From assembly GCA_030704615.1 (NCBI GenBank), contig CM060733.1, positions 63,178,001-63,242,000 on the forward strand: a DNA stretch of 64,000 bases, given 5' to 3'. The translations under genes were made by a program, and so were the position numbers. Origin of the DNA: Takakia lepidozioides (taxonomy: Eukaryota; Plantae; Bryophyta). Below the pieces are notes generated by a model, which worked only from the letters and a program-made list of their open reading frames with translations, was not told where the DNA came from and did not search any database. Shown here piece after piece: positions 26,206-40,233 of the stretch (positions are counted from its first letter, which is position 1; every line of letters starts with the position of its first letter).

Positions 26206-27069
26206 CTAGGATTGAGAAGATGTGCTTGTAAGTGTGCTTATTTTCTTCTTCTTCTTTCCACCCAATGCTCGAGCAAATATGCCTGCTATGCGCTCCTGAC
26301 TCTGCAATATGGCCTCAGTGCGCCACTTTTCCTGATCCAACTGCAGTACTTCCCTCTGCCTTTCTACCTCCAATTTCATCTTCTCAATTGCCATCATCCC
26401 TTTAAAGAACTTCTCCACAATGTGGGCAAGTCCCTCGTCATTATCCCTCTTCCGCACATTATTCTTCACTTCCCCGGGCCTATTACAAGCGCGGCTCTTT
26501 GGCGATAGTGTTTTCGCTCCAAGGGATGGAGAGGTGAAGGAAAAATCCTCCTCCTCATCGCCCATCGATACAGCATTGGGAAGGGGACTATGAAATGTAC
26601 CAAAAGCAGCAGAAGATCCCTCCTCCACACTCACCCCATGAGGTTCAAGATGCACTCCTCGGTCTAAGCCCAACATCAGCCTCTCCATCCTCGAGTACCA
26701 CGGCCACTTGGACAGCCCGGAACCAGTCCCCATCTCCTCTGCCCTCCTCTCTTGTCGAAAAACTTTTTTCATCTTCTCCACCTTGTTCTTGCACGCAGCT
26801 GCATTCCTCTCAGGAATTTGCGAGGGGCATCTCACCATCACCTCAGTCGCAATATCCTTCCATCCCTCGCGTTTGATATTTCCCCTCTTGTTCAGAATCC
26901 ACTTCTCCTCGTACACATCAATCAAAGTCGCCACCCCCAAAGACGTCCAGACGCGATCCCCCGTGTCACTAACATTCAGCGCCTTGTCATGCTGAGAAGC
27001 TCTTGCCGGGGCGACCTCCTCCCCTTCCATGAGAAGAGCGGTAAAGGGAAGGCCAGGCAAGCCTGCCAT
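26206..27069 (-). CDS. Trihelix (Myb/SANT-like, SIP1/ASIL-type) transcription factor, 287 aa, intronless
   Basis: WT..LIDVYEEKW...W..IA..V...CKNKVEKMKK.FR.E, then SKWPWY, then a C-terminal coiled coil and a basic NLS-like tail. Confidence 0.9.
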   Translation of the reverse strand: MAGLPGLPFTALLMEGEEVAPARASQHDKALNVSDTGDRVWTSLGVATLIDVYEEKWILNKRGNIKREGWKDIATEVMVRCPSQIPERNAAACKNKVEKMKKVFRQERRAEEMGTGSGLSKWPWYSRMERLMLGLDRGVHLEPHGVSVEEGSSAAFGTFHSPLPNAVSMGDEEEDFSFTSPSLGAKTLSPKSRACNRPGEVKNNVRKRDNDEGLAHIVEKFFKGMMAIEKMKLEVERQREVLQLDQEKWRTEAILQSQERIAGIFARALGGKKKKKISTLTSTSSQS

Positions 27070-27789
27070 TTGTCTGCGATGGAAAGTGTGGTATGAACAG
27101 GAGCCCGGTGATGGCGATGGCGATTTCCTGCATACAACCGGAAAGCTGCACGTCGCACGGCGAAAGGTTGAGCCGCAAACCCTGCGGGCAATTGCTTTCT
27201 GTCTCTCTCTCTCTCCTCCAAAAGCTCCCTCAATCTAGTGAGTCCCCTTCTTTAGGGCAGACACATATCTTGGTCATCCCTCACCATTCTAAACAGCACT
27301 CCTATTCTACAATCTCCCACCTTGCAAGGTGTAGATGCCACAAGTTTCTGTCTGTGGCATGTGTCGTGTGCAAGATGTGGGGTAGGCTTCTTCCTACAAT
27401 CTTTAGTTGACGATTTTGGTTTTGCCTGTGCTCGTTGGGCAGGACAGTCCCCCTGCCCGAATTGACACCCTTAAATGCCTTAAATGCCCAAGCTCCAACT
27501 CTGGAAAGGGCGAAATCTAGTGCAAGTCCAGCATCCAGAAACTGACAGGATACAAAGTTAGCTACCTTTACCCCTACCACCTCGTTAAGGATTTTTGAGG
27601 CAGATTATGCCGTTTTAGAGGCAAATTAAATAGCAGAATGTGCAGGGGGCTTTTAGAGGCAAATTAAATACCGGTAGTAGAATGTGTGGGGGGCGCATAC
27701 AGTCGACCCTGGATAAATGTTACCTTTATTTTTGTTATATCATCATAAATGTTATGATTTTCTTACTCTGTAAAAATATACAATAAGAA

Positions 27790-30700
27790 TGACAAGGCCA
27801 GGCCAAGGCCAGCCATCTCTAAGCCATGTTTCACATGGACCAACAACAGATCGGGTACAGATATCAGTATGGCCAGACTCGATAGGTTATACATGTCCCC
27901 CGGGATCTCTCCATGGGCTTCAATGCAGACGCAAGAACCCATTTACCAAGAGTTTGACCATGCAAGCATTTCATGCCAAATCAATATTCCAAACCTGCCA
28001 AAAAGGGGCAGAGGTTGGTTCAAGTTAAACACTTCTCTTCTTCCCTTTCTACCGTTCAAGCTTGCTTTGGAAACAGCCTGGAAATCTGCTGGGAATGATA
28101 TTCCATGCCCAATTGCTAGGTTTCAAGCAAAGCTCTCTCAAACTACAATCAGAGCTCAAACCCTCAGCAAAGAGATAGCTTTACAAAGACAACGGAAGAA
28201 CCTGGCTCTGAAAAAATGCCTTGGAACCTGCCAAAGACTATTGGAACGGGGTAATCTTGATCCGCAAAGCCTCCAAACTTACCATGAAGCCAGACAAAAC
28301 CTAGAAGCGTTCGCTTCCTTGCATGAATAGAGGCTAAAACTTCAAGCTGGCATCAATCGGGCAACAAAGGGGGAGAAAATGACCAAGTACTTTTTCGAAA
28401 AAGTACAAGTCAGAAAAACATCCCAGATCATTACTGAGCTAAAGAACTCTCAAGGGAATTGCTCCCCGGATCCAAAGGACATGGTTGCGGCAGCACACTC
28501 CCACTTTCAGGAACTCTTCAAACAAAGGCCAGATTCTCAAAGTATAGCCTCTGCAAGGGAAACATGCCTACGTAGTCACCAAGCAAAGCTCAGCCAAACC
28601 TCTGCAGCCTCTCTTGACGGGGAATTCACACAAACTGAATTATCCATGGCATTGGACCTTATGTCTAATCGCAAATCCCCTGGCTTTGACGGGATGCTTG
28701 TTGAATTTTACAAGGCTCTCTGGCAGGTTTTGTCCTCCGACTTCTGTAACATGGCCAATGAGATAAAGAGGCAAGGATCTATGCCCCAGCCAATGGCCCA
28801 AGGCCTTATATCCTTACTCTTTAAGAAAGGAGATAGAAAGGTCATCTCCAATTACAGGCCGATTACATTACTCAATGTAAGCTACAAGATTATAGCAAAA
28901 CCCCTTGCTTTATGCCTTCAACCTCTCCTCCCAAAAATCATCAGACCGGGTCAAGCGGGTTTCATCAAAGGTATAATATATATTGGACAACATCCTCCTG
29001 GCGCAAGAAACCCCCATCTATGCAGAAGCTACTTCGCAGCCCATAGCAATGCTCTTATTAGACTTCGAAAAAGCCTTTGACAAAGTTGAATGGCCAATGT
29101 TATTTGCAACACTTAAAAAATCGGGGCTCTCTCCGGATTATTGCAAATGGGTGGAGATCCTTTTGATTAACGCCTCAAGCAGGGTTATGGTAAACGGATT
29201 CTTTTCGAAGCCCTTCAATCTCCAACGATCAGTCCGCCAAGGGTGCCCTCTGGCACCTTTCCTATTTTTAATAGTGGCAGACTCGCTAGGCTACCTCTTA
29301 GACAGCAACCCGAATATTGTTGGCCTCAAAATTCAAGCTCAAACCAACCAGGACCTGCAGATAAAGGACTCGATGTTTGTTGACGACACAGTTCTCTACC
29401 TGCAAGCCACCCCATCTAACCTGGAGGAAGCCAATAAATCCCTCTCAACCTTTTGTGAAGCATCTGGTTTCAGAGTTAACTGGTCAAAAACGGTGGCCAT
29501 TCTCGTGGGTGCCACAAACCTCTCTCCATTGGGGCTGTCGCCCGATTGGGGTCATGAAATGGGGGCCTCAAATGGCTGCAGAATGGGGAGATAACAACAC
29601 TTCTGGGTCACCCCTTTGGGGTTAATCTCACGGATGATCCAAGGATGGGTCATGTCATAGCCAAGCTCCAAAAAAAACTGGTATACTGGGGTTCACGTCA
29701 CCTATCATTAACTGGAAGGGCTCTGGTTGCGAATCAAATCTTGCTAGCTAGCATTTTGGTACTTTGCTTCAGTTTGGAGCCCCTCCGCCACACAAATCAA
29801 TGTCATAAAAAGAACCATCCGTATCTTTATTTGGGGTGCAGACTCAAGTGAGAAAAGCCCCAGACCTGCTGTTTCTTGGGCTCAAATCTGTTTGCAGGAA
29901 AAAAAAAAAAAAAAAAAAAAAAGGCGGCCTTGGCATATTAGATCCTAGTAACCAGATCAGGGCTCTTTTAGGAAAATGGGTGGTCAGGCTGCTGGGTCCT
30001 GAGGGAGGTTGGTGGAAACACCTTATTTATCAACATGTGGTCAACAGCTCTCCTCTGAAATCCAAGATATGGGGCCCATCTCTTAGATGGATCACACAGG
30101 ATTTTAAACACAAGGCCCGTGGGTCTCCTCTGTGGAAGGCCATTTGGGATATTTGGGATCAATCAGTCCTCACTTGGTTAAAGGGGAACCACAGACTTAT
30201 GAGGAAACAATGCGCCAACTCATATCCCTTCCAATGCCCCTTCCCCCGCAGAAAAGGCCTCGGCGGCCAAGTTCTTTGCCTGGGACAGACTCAACTTTTC
30301 TCAGGTAAAAGACATCTGGGATGGGCATGCTTTCTTTTCTCAGGACCAGGTCAACACCGTTATGGGTCCTCAAAGAGGGAACTCAGGCTACCAACAGCTC
30401 CTTCAAAGTATCCCGCTCCCATGGATCCATAACCTGACTGCGGGCCCGGATCGTGGTCTGTCTAACAGTTGGATTACTTGTTCCAACAACCCCAACCAAG
30501 TGATCTACATCACTGATTCCAAATCAGATCACTTCATGGGGTTGGTGATGAACAAATTAGACCTCTCCAACTATCTGCACATTTCATCCAAGGCCTTAGC
30601 CGTTATCTCTGGTGGACAATTCACCCCAGTTAGAATCTGTCACTGGTCATCAAAAGACAAGGATATGAATCCAAAGGCTCCTCTTGGCCAGCCAATAGCT

Positions 30701-32232
30701 TCATGGCTCTCTTCTCAATTGTTTCTATGGGTAGAGGGAGGCCCTCTCATGGGTCTGGCGGTAGACCCCAAAGAATGGTCTTGGGATTTTGAACCCTCTC
30801 GACCTTCATTCTTTAACTATTCAGCCAAAGCTGCATACCGCTCCACGCTGAAACCAAACTTGTTTTCGGATAAATGGAACTCTAAATGGGCTCTTCAACA
30901 AGCTAATTGGAACCTCATCTGGTCTCATATTTGGATCAAGGTCAGACCAGCGAAGGTGGCTGCGTTCCTTTGGCAACTTGCTAACAGGGTTCTCAAGGTC
31001 GGGGCTTGGTTGTCATTCTCGAGGCACTACTCTGTAAATGCTGCAACCTTGGTATCTCGGAATCAATTGAGCATTGCCTCCTCCTCTGTACCATACCCTC
31101 TAAAACTTGGCCTCGACTCCTTCCTGTTATGTAGATATGGAAACCAGGGTCACCCTCTTCAGTTCAAAAGCTTTTAAATTATGACCCAGTATCTCAGCAA
31201 CTTCACTGTCGCTGCCCAGTGTATGATTCCTTTAGGTCTATCGTGTTGTGGAATATATGGAAGGTAAGATGCAGTTGGACTCTAAATCACGAGAGAGGTT
31301 GTCTCTCTGTTTTACTGTCTACAATATTTCATGAGGTCCAGATTGAGGCAAGAAAGGCTTGGGTTAAAATGCATGCAGACATCAGCAGGGATCCATATGC
31401 TGAACCTGGGCTCCTCAGGAAATTCCAAAGATCTTGGGGCAAAAACGAGTTCCTATGAAGCTGATTTTCGACGTCAAGCTGTCAATGGTCCAAGAGCCCA
31501 CCAAACTCCTGGCAGTTTGCAGCAGCTTCGCTGCCTTGAATCACCCGAATTTGAAAGGGAGGTCAACTGGAAGCATATCGGTGGGAAGCGCTCTACCAGA
31601 CTCTGCTTCGACTAGTACATCTCCATGCAGGCTTCCTCTTTGCGATCGGCAAATTTTATTTTTATTTTTATTTTTATTTTTTCCTTTCATTTAGTTCCGC
31701 CCTTGTCTGCCCTTTCTCTCTCGTATAGTTACTTTTCAGAGTTCAGAGGTTATCTGAAATCCCAATTTGCAGCCGGTCCAGGCTCCCTTTCCTTCGTAGA
31801 TCCCTGTCTGCACTTCCCCATTTTTCACCTCCATTGCTTGCCAGATCAATGCTTATTCTACGCTTCTTCTTCCCCTATAGCAGACGGTCCAGACTGCTCT
31901 CCTTCTGTATGCTGCATGTAATGGGGTTTTCTCTTCATCGTTGTTGTAGAACCCATCTTCCATTGTTGACAATCTCCCGTCGCAATTTTTCTCTCTATGT
32001 TGAAAGCTCGCATCTCGTGAGCCATAGCCAAGCCATAGCCAGGCTCTAGGGGTACCTCTTGAGTCTAAACTAATACTTTCATCCACTCGGATGGTTTTCT
32101 CGTAGTTAAAAGTATCTCGGGTTCGCCCTCACCGAAAGGTGTGTATGCCTTATGGCCCCACAGGGGTTTATTTTTTCCCCAGAAATAAATTATCAGGGCT
32201 TCATCCCCTTTTATTAAATTTATAAAAAAAAA
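27790..32232 (+). mobile_element. 5'-truncated, decayed L1-type LINE (endonuclease C-terminus, RT, zf-RVT, 3' UTR, A-tail)
   Basis: Motifs FTW..ARLDR..DH, KSPGFDG, NYRPITLLN, LDFEKAFDKV, QGCPLAP, MFVDD and GGLGI. Several frameshifts; A-run at ~32224. Confidence 0.9.
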
Positions 32233-32699
32233 TTGTTATTATTATTTGTTATTGAATACCTACTCTCCTCTTTGTTAAAATACCTCTATAAATTGTTACA
32301 TTCAATATACCTCTAAACTAGTTGGATCAGGTAAGGAGTAATCCATTCTGGCCACTAACAAATCACCTCCATGAATAACAGCCCCTAAAGTTGGTGACAC
32401 ACTCACTTAAGTAAGGTTAACACCAGTGTTGGTCTGGTATCTTGAATTGGCCAGAAAGGTCCTGGTATATAGTGTTATTTTTTTTTTAAGGCAGGTAGGT
32501 TTTTCAATAATGCAGCCCCTGAATTTCAAGTACGAATCTGGTATGCATAGGTGGTTTTCAAAAGAAAATCAATCAGGATAACCGGATATGAGCAATGAGA
32601 ATATAAGTAGTCAAATCAAATTCAATATTGAAATGGCCATTTGAATAGCCCAAATGACCCATTCCAATATTGAAATTTGTCCGGGACATGTCGGTGGAT

Positions 32700-33290
32700 A
32701 CAATTTTGACAGTGGATACAATTATGAGGGGAACGGAGGTCTAGTGGCAGGTTAGAGTTCTTGATTTGTACACTTCAAAAACATAGCCCAAATCCCTATG
32801 CGTGCATATTGCTTTGGCAGGAACTCTTGAGGATAGGCATCTGAGTGCACCTGGATAATTAGCTTTGTTGAATGACTTGTTTGTCATTGGCAAGGTTATA
32901 TTAAGACCAAAGTTGCGAACGATGCCACCGATTACTGTGATTTTGACAGTGGACACAATTAATAGGAGAAATTGGGGGAATGGAGCTCTAGTGGCAGGTT
33001 ATAGTTCTTGATTTGTACACTTAAAAAACATAGCCCAAATCCCCTATGCGTGCATATTGCTTTGGCAGTAACTCTTGGGCATCTGTGTGCACCTGGATAC
33101 CAGGAGCAATCCGGACTATGACTTGTTTGTCACTGACAAGGTTATATTAATAGCAAAGGTTGCAAATGATGCTACCGATTGCTGTGACTTTTACAATGAA
33201 TACAATGAAGAGGAGAAATTGGGGGAAAGGAGGTCTAGTGGTAGGTTGGAGTTATTGATTTGTACAGCACTTCAATAAAATAGCCCTAAA
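32700..33290. repeat. Tandem repeat of about 240 bp, about 2.5 copies
   Basis: TCTAGTGG(C/T)AGGTT..TTGATTTGTACA..AAAA..TAGCCC recurs at ~32740, ~32985 and ~33234. Confidence 0.75.
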
Positions 33291-35529
33291 CCACATGCAT
33301 GTGTTTGAGCAATATTTGTCCCCATTCGTGTCAATATGTATACAGGTTGAATTTTCAAGCACAAACCTTCATTTCCAGTAAGGAGAAACACTGAACTGGT
33401 TGGAGATGATAACGCAGACTCCAGACAGTATACTATGGTGAGTTCTACGCAATGGAAACTCTCATATATCGAACTTTGCATCACATGAACTAAAATTGTT
33501 GTAAGGAAAATGAACATCTCAAGCACTGTAGTAGTATGGGCCCTGTAATAAAGCAAAGTTTCAAAGTTTCTGGGACCTGTCAAATGGTATACTGAACATA
33601 CTGGCAAAGTTTCAAAGTAAACAAGAAATCATTTGGATGGTCAACTATTCGTTCGCCCTTTGAATGAACATCTACGTGTTGTAGAGATGGAAAACTGCGT
33701 TTCACCTGCACATGATTTTTTATTTTTTTTCCATTTTTTCAACCATATGATTGATGACAACATATGCAATGTGCGTGCAAAATTTGGGAATGAAGTAAAG
33801 TCATCTGGACCCAAAACCATATTTTCTGCTCTCATTTGCACTCCAAAGTTGATTTTTCTTCAACTTCATGCACTCTTCATAAAGAGTTCTACAATAGTGA
33901 GTGAAAAAACTTTTTATTTTTTTAATTTTTGTTTGATCTATTTTTTTGCATGGATGTAGTGGTGTCCGCAATCATAGACATTCTAAATCCTTATTTACTT
34001 AATTCATTTAAATTCGATTTAATTCAAAATTGGTTCAAAGGTGAGTGCGTCGTTAGGGAGGTAAATGTTTTTTTTTTTGGTTGTGAATCTCTACACATGT
34101 GTTGGTGACATATTCAAGCACATGCGGGCAAAAGTTGAGCTTGAACCACATTTGTGATTTTTGATTTTATGATTTCATGAATTGATGAATTGATGATTTG
34201 ATGATTTGATGTTTAATTTGATGTTGATTTTGAAATAAGGCCAAAGCTTCATACAAAGCGAAATCATCGGATGTTGTGCTTCTCTCTACCATCCCACCTG
34301 AGCATGTGCGCGTCGGTCGGTCGTACCTTTTTTGTATTTTAGAAAATGCCAAAGGTGAGATTGAAGGTTGGGAACAGTCCGATACACCAACAAATATTTG
34401 ATGCCATTGTGTTTGCAAAGAACCATGGATCCGTGTACAAAGAACTCAAGGTAGAAAACAAATCGTGGTATAATCGTGGAGTTGCTTGCTAATCGTTTCA
34501 TCAGACACGCATTGGGTTTCATGAGAAAGCTGGTTGTGTTGATTGTTCCTCCAGAAACAATTTGATGATTTGATTTGATGATTGCGAGGGTTGCAAGCAT
34601 CATTTGCAGCCAGAAGAACACCGACAATTTGTAGGGTAACGTCCGGTCGCGAAGATGCAGAAGGTGAAGCATTATGAACAGTGACGAGTTTTCAATGTTT
34701 GCATTAGAACCCGCAATCATTTTATCACTGTTCAAACGGATTCCATCATTTGAAATATACTTGGCCCGGTCAATTGTACAATGTCGCTTGGCTGCCGTCA
34801 TCATCTCCAACAGCCCCATGGCTTCAGTAACCCTCGTCTCTTGGTTTGCATGAAGGTCCCATGTCCACTGGGTTCGAAGTAAGGGTAATCTGAATGACCC
34901 CACCACCTGGGCTTGCACCTTGTAGTCTGTCGAGGTGCACCCCAATGGCATATTTCAGGAACTCCCTAGGCTCCTTCATATCATCGGATGTTGTGCTTCT
35001 CTTTACCATCCAACCTGAGCATGTGTGCGAGCTTTTCTGTGACGAAGAGTATGCACCCTTGCCTTCATTCAGGGAGAGCCTTTTTCTTCTGAATACCATC
35101 ATGTATTTGATGCCATTCACAGATACCCTCCACTTGAGAAATGGAGAAAGAGATAGAGGTCTACTTAGCCTTATTGTTCTGCACCTTATAGCCACAAAGG
35201 ATGGGAGATAGCCCATTGTTTGTCTGTTTATGTTCACTGTAAACTAATTTGATGTTGTGTGTTGTGAAGTCATTCTACTTACCAGGCTGGTTGGACGAAA
35301 CGACCAATGAGGAACTATCAAAGGAAGAACACCATCCTTCCACCCCTGTATATTTGGTGCCGAAAGGACTACGAAAGGAAGCTGGCTAGGGGCCTGCCAC
35401 AAGAGGCTAGGCTGTCAGCTTCCACCAGCTCAGTCCAACATTTAAATGTGAAGTCAAATCTTGCACCAAAGAGCCAAGGCTTTCAATTCCATGGCTCGAC
35501 CTCCTTTTTACCACCCTTAGCAGCAAGGT

Positions 35530-37045
35530 CCTGCAATGGTGAGAATATGGCCTGAGCATGTGCGCGTCGCTCGGTCGCTCGGTCGATCGTCCCATTTTTG
35601 TATTTTAGAACGCGACCATCATCGGCGGAGGTCGCTCTTTTAAAAATAAAAAAAATAAAAAAACAAAGTGATCGCACAATTGACAGTCACTTCTTTTGTA
35701 ATCTCAAAAACTCATGCAATGGTGAGAATACGGCCTGAGCATGTGCACATCGGTCGGTCGGAGGTGGCTCATTTTAAAAATAAAATAAATATTTTTTAAT
35801 AAAAATAAAATAAAATAACCGCACAATTGACAGTAGCTTATTTTTTTAATTTCAAAAACTCCTGCAATGGTGAGAATATGGCCTGTGCGCGTCGATGGCT
35901 CGGTCGGAGGTCGATCCTTTTAAAAATAAAATAAACTAAACTAAACTAAACCAAATATTTTCTTTCTTAATTTTTTTTTTAAAAAAAATGACCGCACAAT
36001 TGACGGTCGTTTTTTTTAAATTTCAAAAACTCCTGCAATGGTGAGAATATGGCCTAAGCATGTGCACATCCGTCGGTCGGTCGGAGGTCGCTCTTTTTTT
36101 TTTTTTTAATAAAAAATAAATTATGTATAAATAAATAAAATGACTGCACAATTGACGACCGCTTTTAATTTCAAAAACTCGTGCAATGGTGAATATGGCT
36201 TGAGCATGCATGTTCATCGGTCGCAGGTCGCTCCTTTTAGAAATAAAAATATATATTTTTAAAATAAATAAATAAATAAAATGACCGCACAATTGACGGT
36301 CGCTTCTTTTTTTAATTTCAAAAACTCCTGCAATGGTGAGAATATGGCCTGAGCATGTGCACGTCGGTCAGTCGCTCGGTTGGTCAGAGGTCACTCTCCT
36401 TTTAAAAATAAAATAAAATAATTATTTCTTTTTTTCTAAATAAAAAGAAAATAAAGTAACTACACAATTGACGGTCGTTTTTTTTTTGCAAATTTCAAAA
36501 ACTCCTGCAATGGTGAGAATATGGCCGGAGAGTTTTGGCGGTCGCTTCATTTCCTTAAAAAAGAAAAAAAAACAGCGACCGCTTAGTGGACATGCGCATT
36601 GTTTACTTAAAATTTAAAAAAACAACGACCGTCAATTTATGCGCGTCGGTCGGTCAGTGGTCGCTCTTTTTAAAAATAAAATAAAATAAAATAGATAGTT
36701 TTTTTAAATAAAAATAAAATAAAATTACCGCACAATTGACGGTCACTTCTTTTTTTTTAATTTAAACTCCTGCAATGGTGAGAATATGGCCTGAGGAGGT
36801 GTGCGTTGGTCGATCAGTCGGTAGGAGGTTGCGCCTTTTAAAAATAGAATAATTTTTTTTTGGTATTTATAAAAAAAAATGATCGCACAATTGATGGTCG
36901 CTTCTTTTTTTAATTTGAAAAATATCAAGCGACCACCATACCTGTGGTTGCTTGTATTTTTTAATTTTATAAATATAAAGCCATATTGGCGGTAGTTTTT
37001 TTTCTCATTTTAAAAATTTGAAGCGACCGCCAATATTTTTAAAAA
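35530..37045. repeat. AT-rich tandem array (8 units of about 150-270 bp) with some inverted subunits
   Basis: TGCAATGGTGA(GA)AT starts at ~35532, 35715, 35863, 36034, 36182, 36329, 36506 and 36771. Units carry GTCGGTCG and CACAATTGACGGTCG motifs. Confidence 0.85.
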
Positions 37046-37423
37046 TATGAAGTGAAGATTGGAGGGCTCCTTGTCAGAATCAGATAGGGCAATTCAAAAC
37101 ACATCTACATCATAGCATATGATTAGGAAAAATCCCCAATCATAGACAAAATTGGATGACAGGGACTCAGTGCACTTTCGTTTAAAATTCGTCCAGAGTG
37201 CTCTCTTTTGAGGTTTTCATAATGGCTTCTTTGGGCTTCACGCTTCTCACCTGTTGTTGCCGTTATGGTGCCGGATAATATGTTATGAATTGGAGGATCA
37301 ATTTACTGACAATCTGGTAGTTCGTGTTTGTATTATCTGTCTTGGATAGGGGCAGGCAAGATTGTGGTTTAACAGCTTGGTTGTTTACCTTGGCACATGA
37401 TACTTAAAAATCCAGATCGGGGT

Positions 37424-40233
37424 TGTCATGTGAACGATATGTCATGGTTTTAGTCATGATTAACTAGAACTACCTACTTCTAGTTAACTGGGACATTTTG
37501 GATATTTATATGTGCATTTAGTGTGTTGGGACTTCATTTGGTCTCATATGTTAAGTGAGGTGTCAAGCCTCACTTGGGATATGGGGATGGATTTTCCCCT
37601 TGTGAGGGTTGAGGAGGCTCATCTTCTTGTAGTTGAGCCTCCATGAGCCTCTCCCACCTCCATAGCTCTAGGTATTGAGAGGGAGTGTGGTGAGGGCTTT
37701 GTAGGGTGGATTCCCTTAGCAAAGGTGCCCTTGGCTTGACTTAGTTTATGTGATTGAGTGGATTCATGAGTGAAGTGTTTCCATTGTGTTCACTTTTCAT
37801 TATCACTACAAGAAGATGACCTTATGCTTGTGAGTGCGGAGTGTAAGGATTAGTGTAGTACTTGTGTTGGTGTACACCAAGGAGTGAGAGAGCTAGGAAA
37901 GCTCAAGTATTTCACTGTAAGGCTTGCAAGGTGTTGCAAAGAAGAGTGTTTTTGCATTGCATTAAAGAGGTGAAGAGCTCAAGGATAGAGCTATTGAGTT
38001 ACAAGACTTTGCAGAGATGGAGAGCTTAAGGAGAGAGCTCTTGTATCACAAAGCTTGCATGGTTTTTCAAGGTAAGTGATTGTATGTGCACTAAGGGTTT
38101 AAGAGCTTGGAAAAGAGCTCTTGCATCACAAGAGAAGCGTCTTGTGTGTGGAGAAGATAGACACTAGGGTTTCAAGAGCAATCTCTAGTTGTTCATGGTG
38201 TGAAAGAGAAGCCAAAGAGCGGCATATGCTTGGGTTGGAAACACCATAAAAGGAGTACAACAAAGGTAGCTTGAGGAGCATTGAGTAGTTCAAGAGAAGC
38301 TAAGAAGTGGTTGTTCTATCCATGGTGAAATGAAGCCAAGTAGGGTTTCATTTGGTTGACAAACAAGCAAGCAAAGGCGGGCTAGAAGGGAGTGCTTTTG
38401 CTAGTTCTATGAGTTCTTGCTCTTGGTGAAGCAAGTGGTTGACCAAGCAAGTGGCGCATGTGTGGAGCATGCTTTCCAAGTGTGGCTTCCAATTCAAGCT
38501 TGAGGAGAGCTAGAAGGTGAAGTGAGCAATTTCATTCCTTGTGTATGAGGTGGTGTATGTTGTGGAAGAAAAGCCAAGGAGCTACATAGGCTAGGGCTTG
38601 AAGACAACAAAAGCAACCACTTGGAGAGCATCAAGAAGCTCAAGATGACTCCAAAGGGAAGCATGTGGATGAGAATTCTATCCATGATGATGTGAAACCA
38701 AGCCTAGAGTATTGAAGAGCTTGGAGCACATGTGGGAGATCATTGGAGGTGGTCTTTGAGGAAAGGAGATTGGGGCTCAAAGCATGCATAGCAACTTCAA
38801 CCATACATTAGCATGTGACGAGACGAGGAAGGGGAAGGTGAAGCTCATGTATTCATTCCCTTTTTGCTTAAGTTTTGTGGTGGATGGTTGATCAAGCAAG
38901 TGATGCTTATGTGGAGCATGCTCTTTAGGGCTTATGACTTCAAGTTTGAGAAGATGAGCTCTTGAATATAGATGTGGATACACATTATGGTGAATGAAGA
39001 CAACACCTAGGTCAAGATATGGAAGTAAGTGTGACTAGCCCATGCAAGGGAAAGCACATAGAGATGGCATACAAAATTCAAATTGAAGCAAGGCTTGGCG
39101 ATTATCATTGGGCACATTAGCTTGTTATGAGTTCCAAGGAGATCAAGAGGAACTTGTCAATTTGGGATGAATGCATTGCAAAGTAAGATAATGCAATCTT
39201 GCATGCATGTTAGGGGGGAAGATACCATGAAGAAGGTGTTTTTTACTATACTCTACAAACCCTAGTCTCCATACACTTCAAGAAACTGTGTATGGGCTCC
39301 ATCTGCCCGACATACACTTTTTTGAACAGAGTATGGGCCCCCTCTGCCCAGCATACACTTTTGTGGAAAATGTATGGGCCCTCTCTGCCCAACATACATT
39401 TTTGTGAACAATGTATGGACTCCCTCTGCCCCACCATACTCTTTTGTGAACAGTGTATGGATACAAGTGGAGAGACTTTGCCTACCATACGTTTTCATTA
39501 AAAGTGTATGATATCTAGGGTGTATCTGGAGGAGTATTGCCTTTGGAGGATCTTTGGGGGGTCCTTTGAGGAGATTTTGTAAGACACTTGAAGAGCTCTT
39601 GAAGGGGTGTTTGGAGGACTGTTTGGAGGACTATTGGGGGTCCTTGAAGACCAATATTTGGCAAACATTTGGAGCATTTGGAGGGCTATTTGGAGGACTA
39701 TTTGGGGTCTTTGGAGGCCAATATTTGGCGAGCTTAAGGAGTCTTTGGCGACTTGTTTGAAGGACTATTTGGGGTCCTTGAGGGCCAAGATTTGGCAGGC
39801 TCTTGGGGCCTTGGTGGACTATTTGGAATCCAATTGTACAGGCTTTAGGGACCTTAGTGAGATTGTTTGAGAGACATCTTGAGGGCTCTTGGAAAGTTAT
39901 TTGAGAGATCCTGGAAGGTAGTCCTGTCTGTTGGTCATGAGCAAGAGCGTTTAGAGATAGGGGGAGACTAGTTGGATGAGAGCATTTTGGGATTAGGAAT
40001 TGCTGTAGTCTCTCTTCCCCGTAGTCTTCCACCCTCTCTGTAGGCCAAAACCTTTCCGTAGGTGGAGGCAAGAGTCAGTCCGGGTGTGGGCTGGGGTGTC
40101 TTGCAAGAGTGACACTGTGGAGTGTTTTTTGGTGTGGGGGAGTTACTGTCTTGATTTTCTTGCATTTGGATCCCCCCCACACTTGCATGCTTGACTGTGC
40201 GCCATGTCAATTTTGTGTGGGCGCTTGTTTTCA
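37424..40233 (+). mobile_element. Putative long 5' LTR/leader of the Gypsy-like element (boundaries uncertain)
   Basis: A non-coding TGT...TTCA block upstream of gag, containing tandem repeats. No second LTR is in the window to confirm it. Confidence 0.35.
39286..39462. repeat. Minisatellite of about 40 bp
   Basis: GTATGGGCCC..TCTGCCC..CATAC..TTTT.TGAACA, 4-5 copies. Confidence 0.75.

Noticed and set aside
37804-37814. CACTACAAGAA as a CACTA terminus
   Set aside because: No subterminal repeats and no partner end; it lies within LTR-like sequence and is probably chance.
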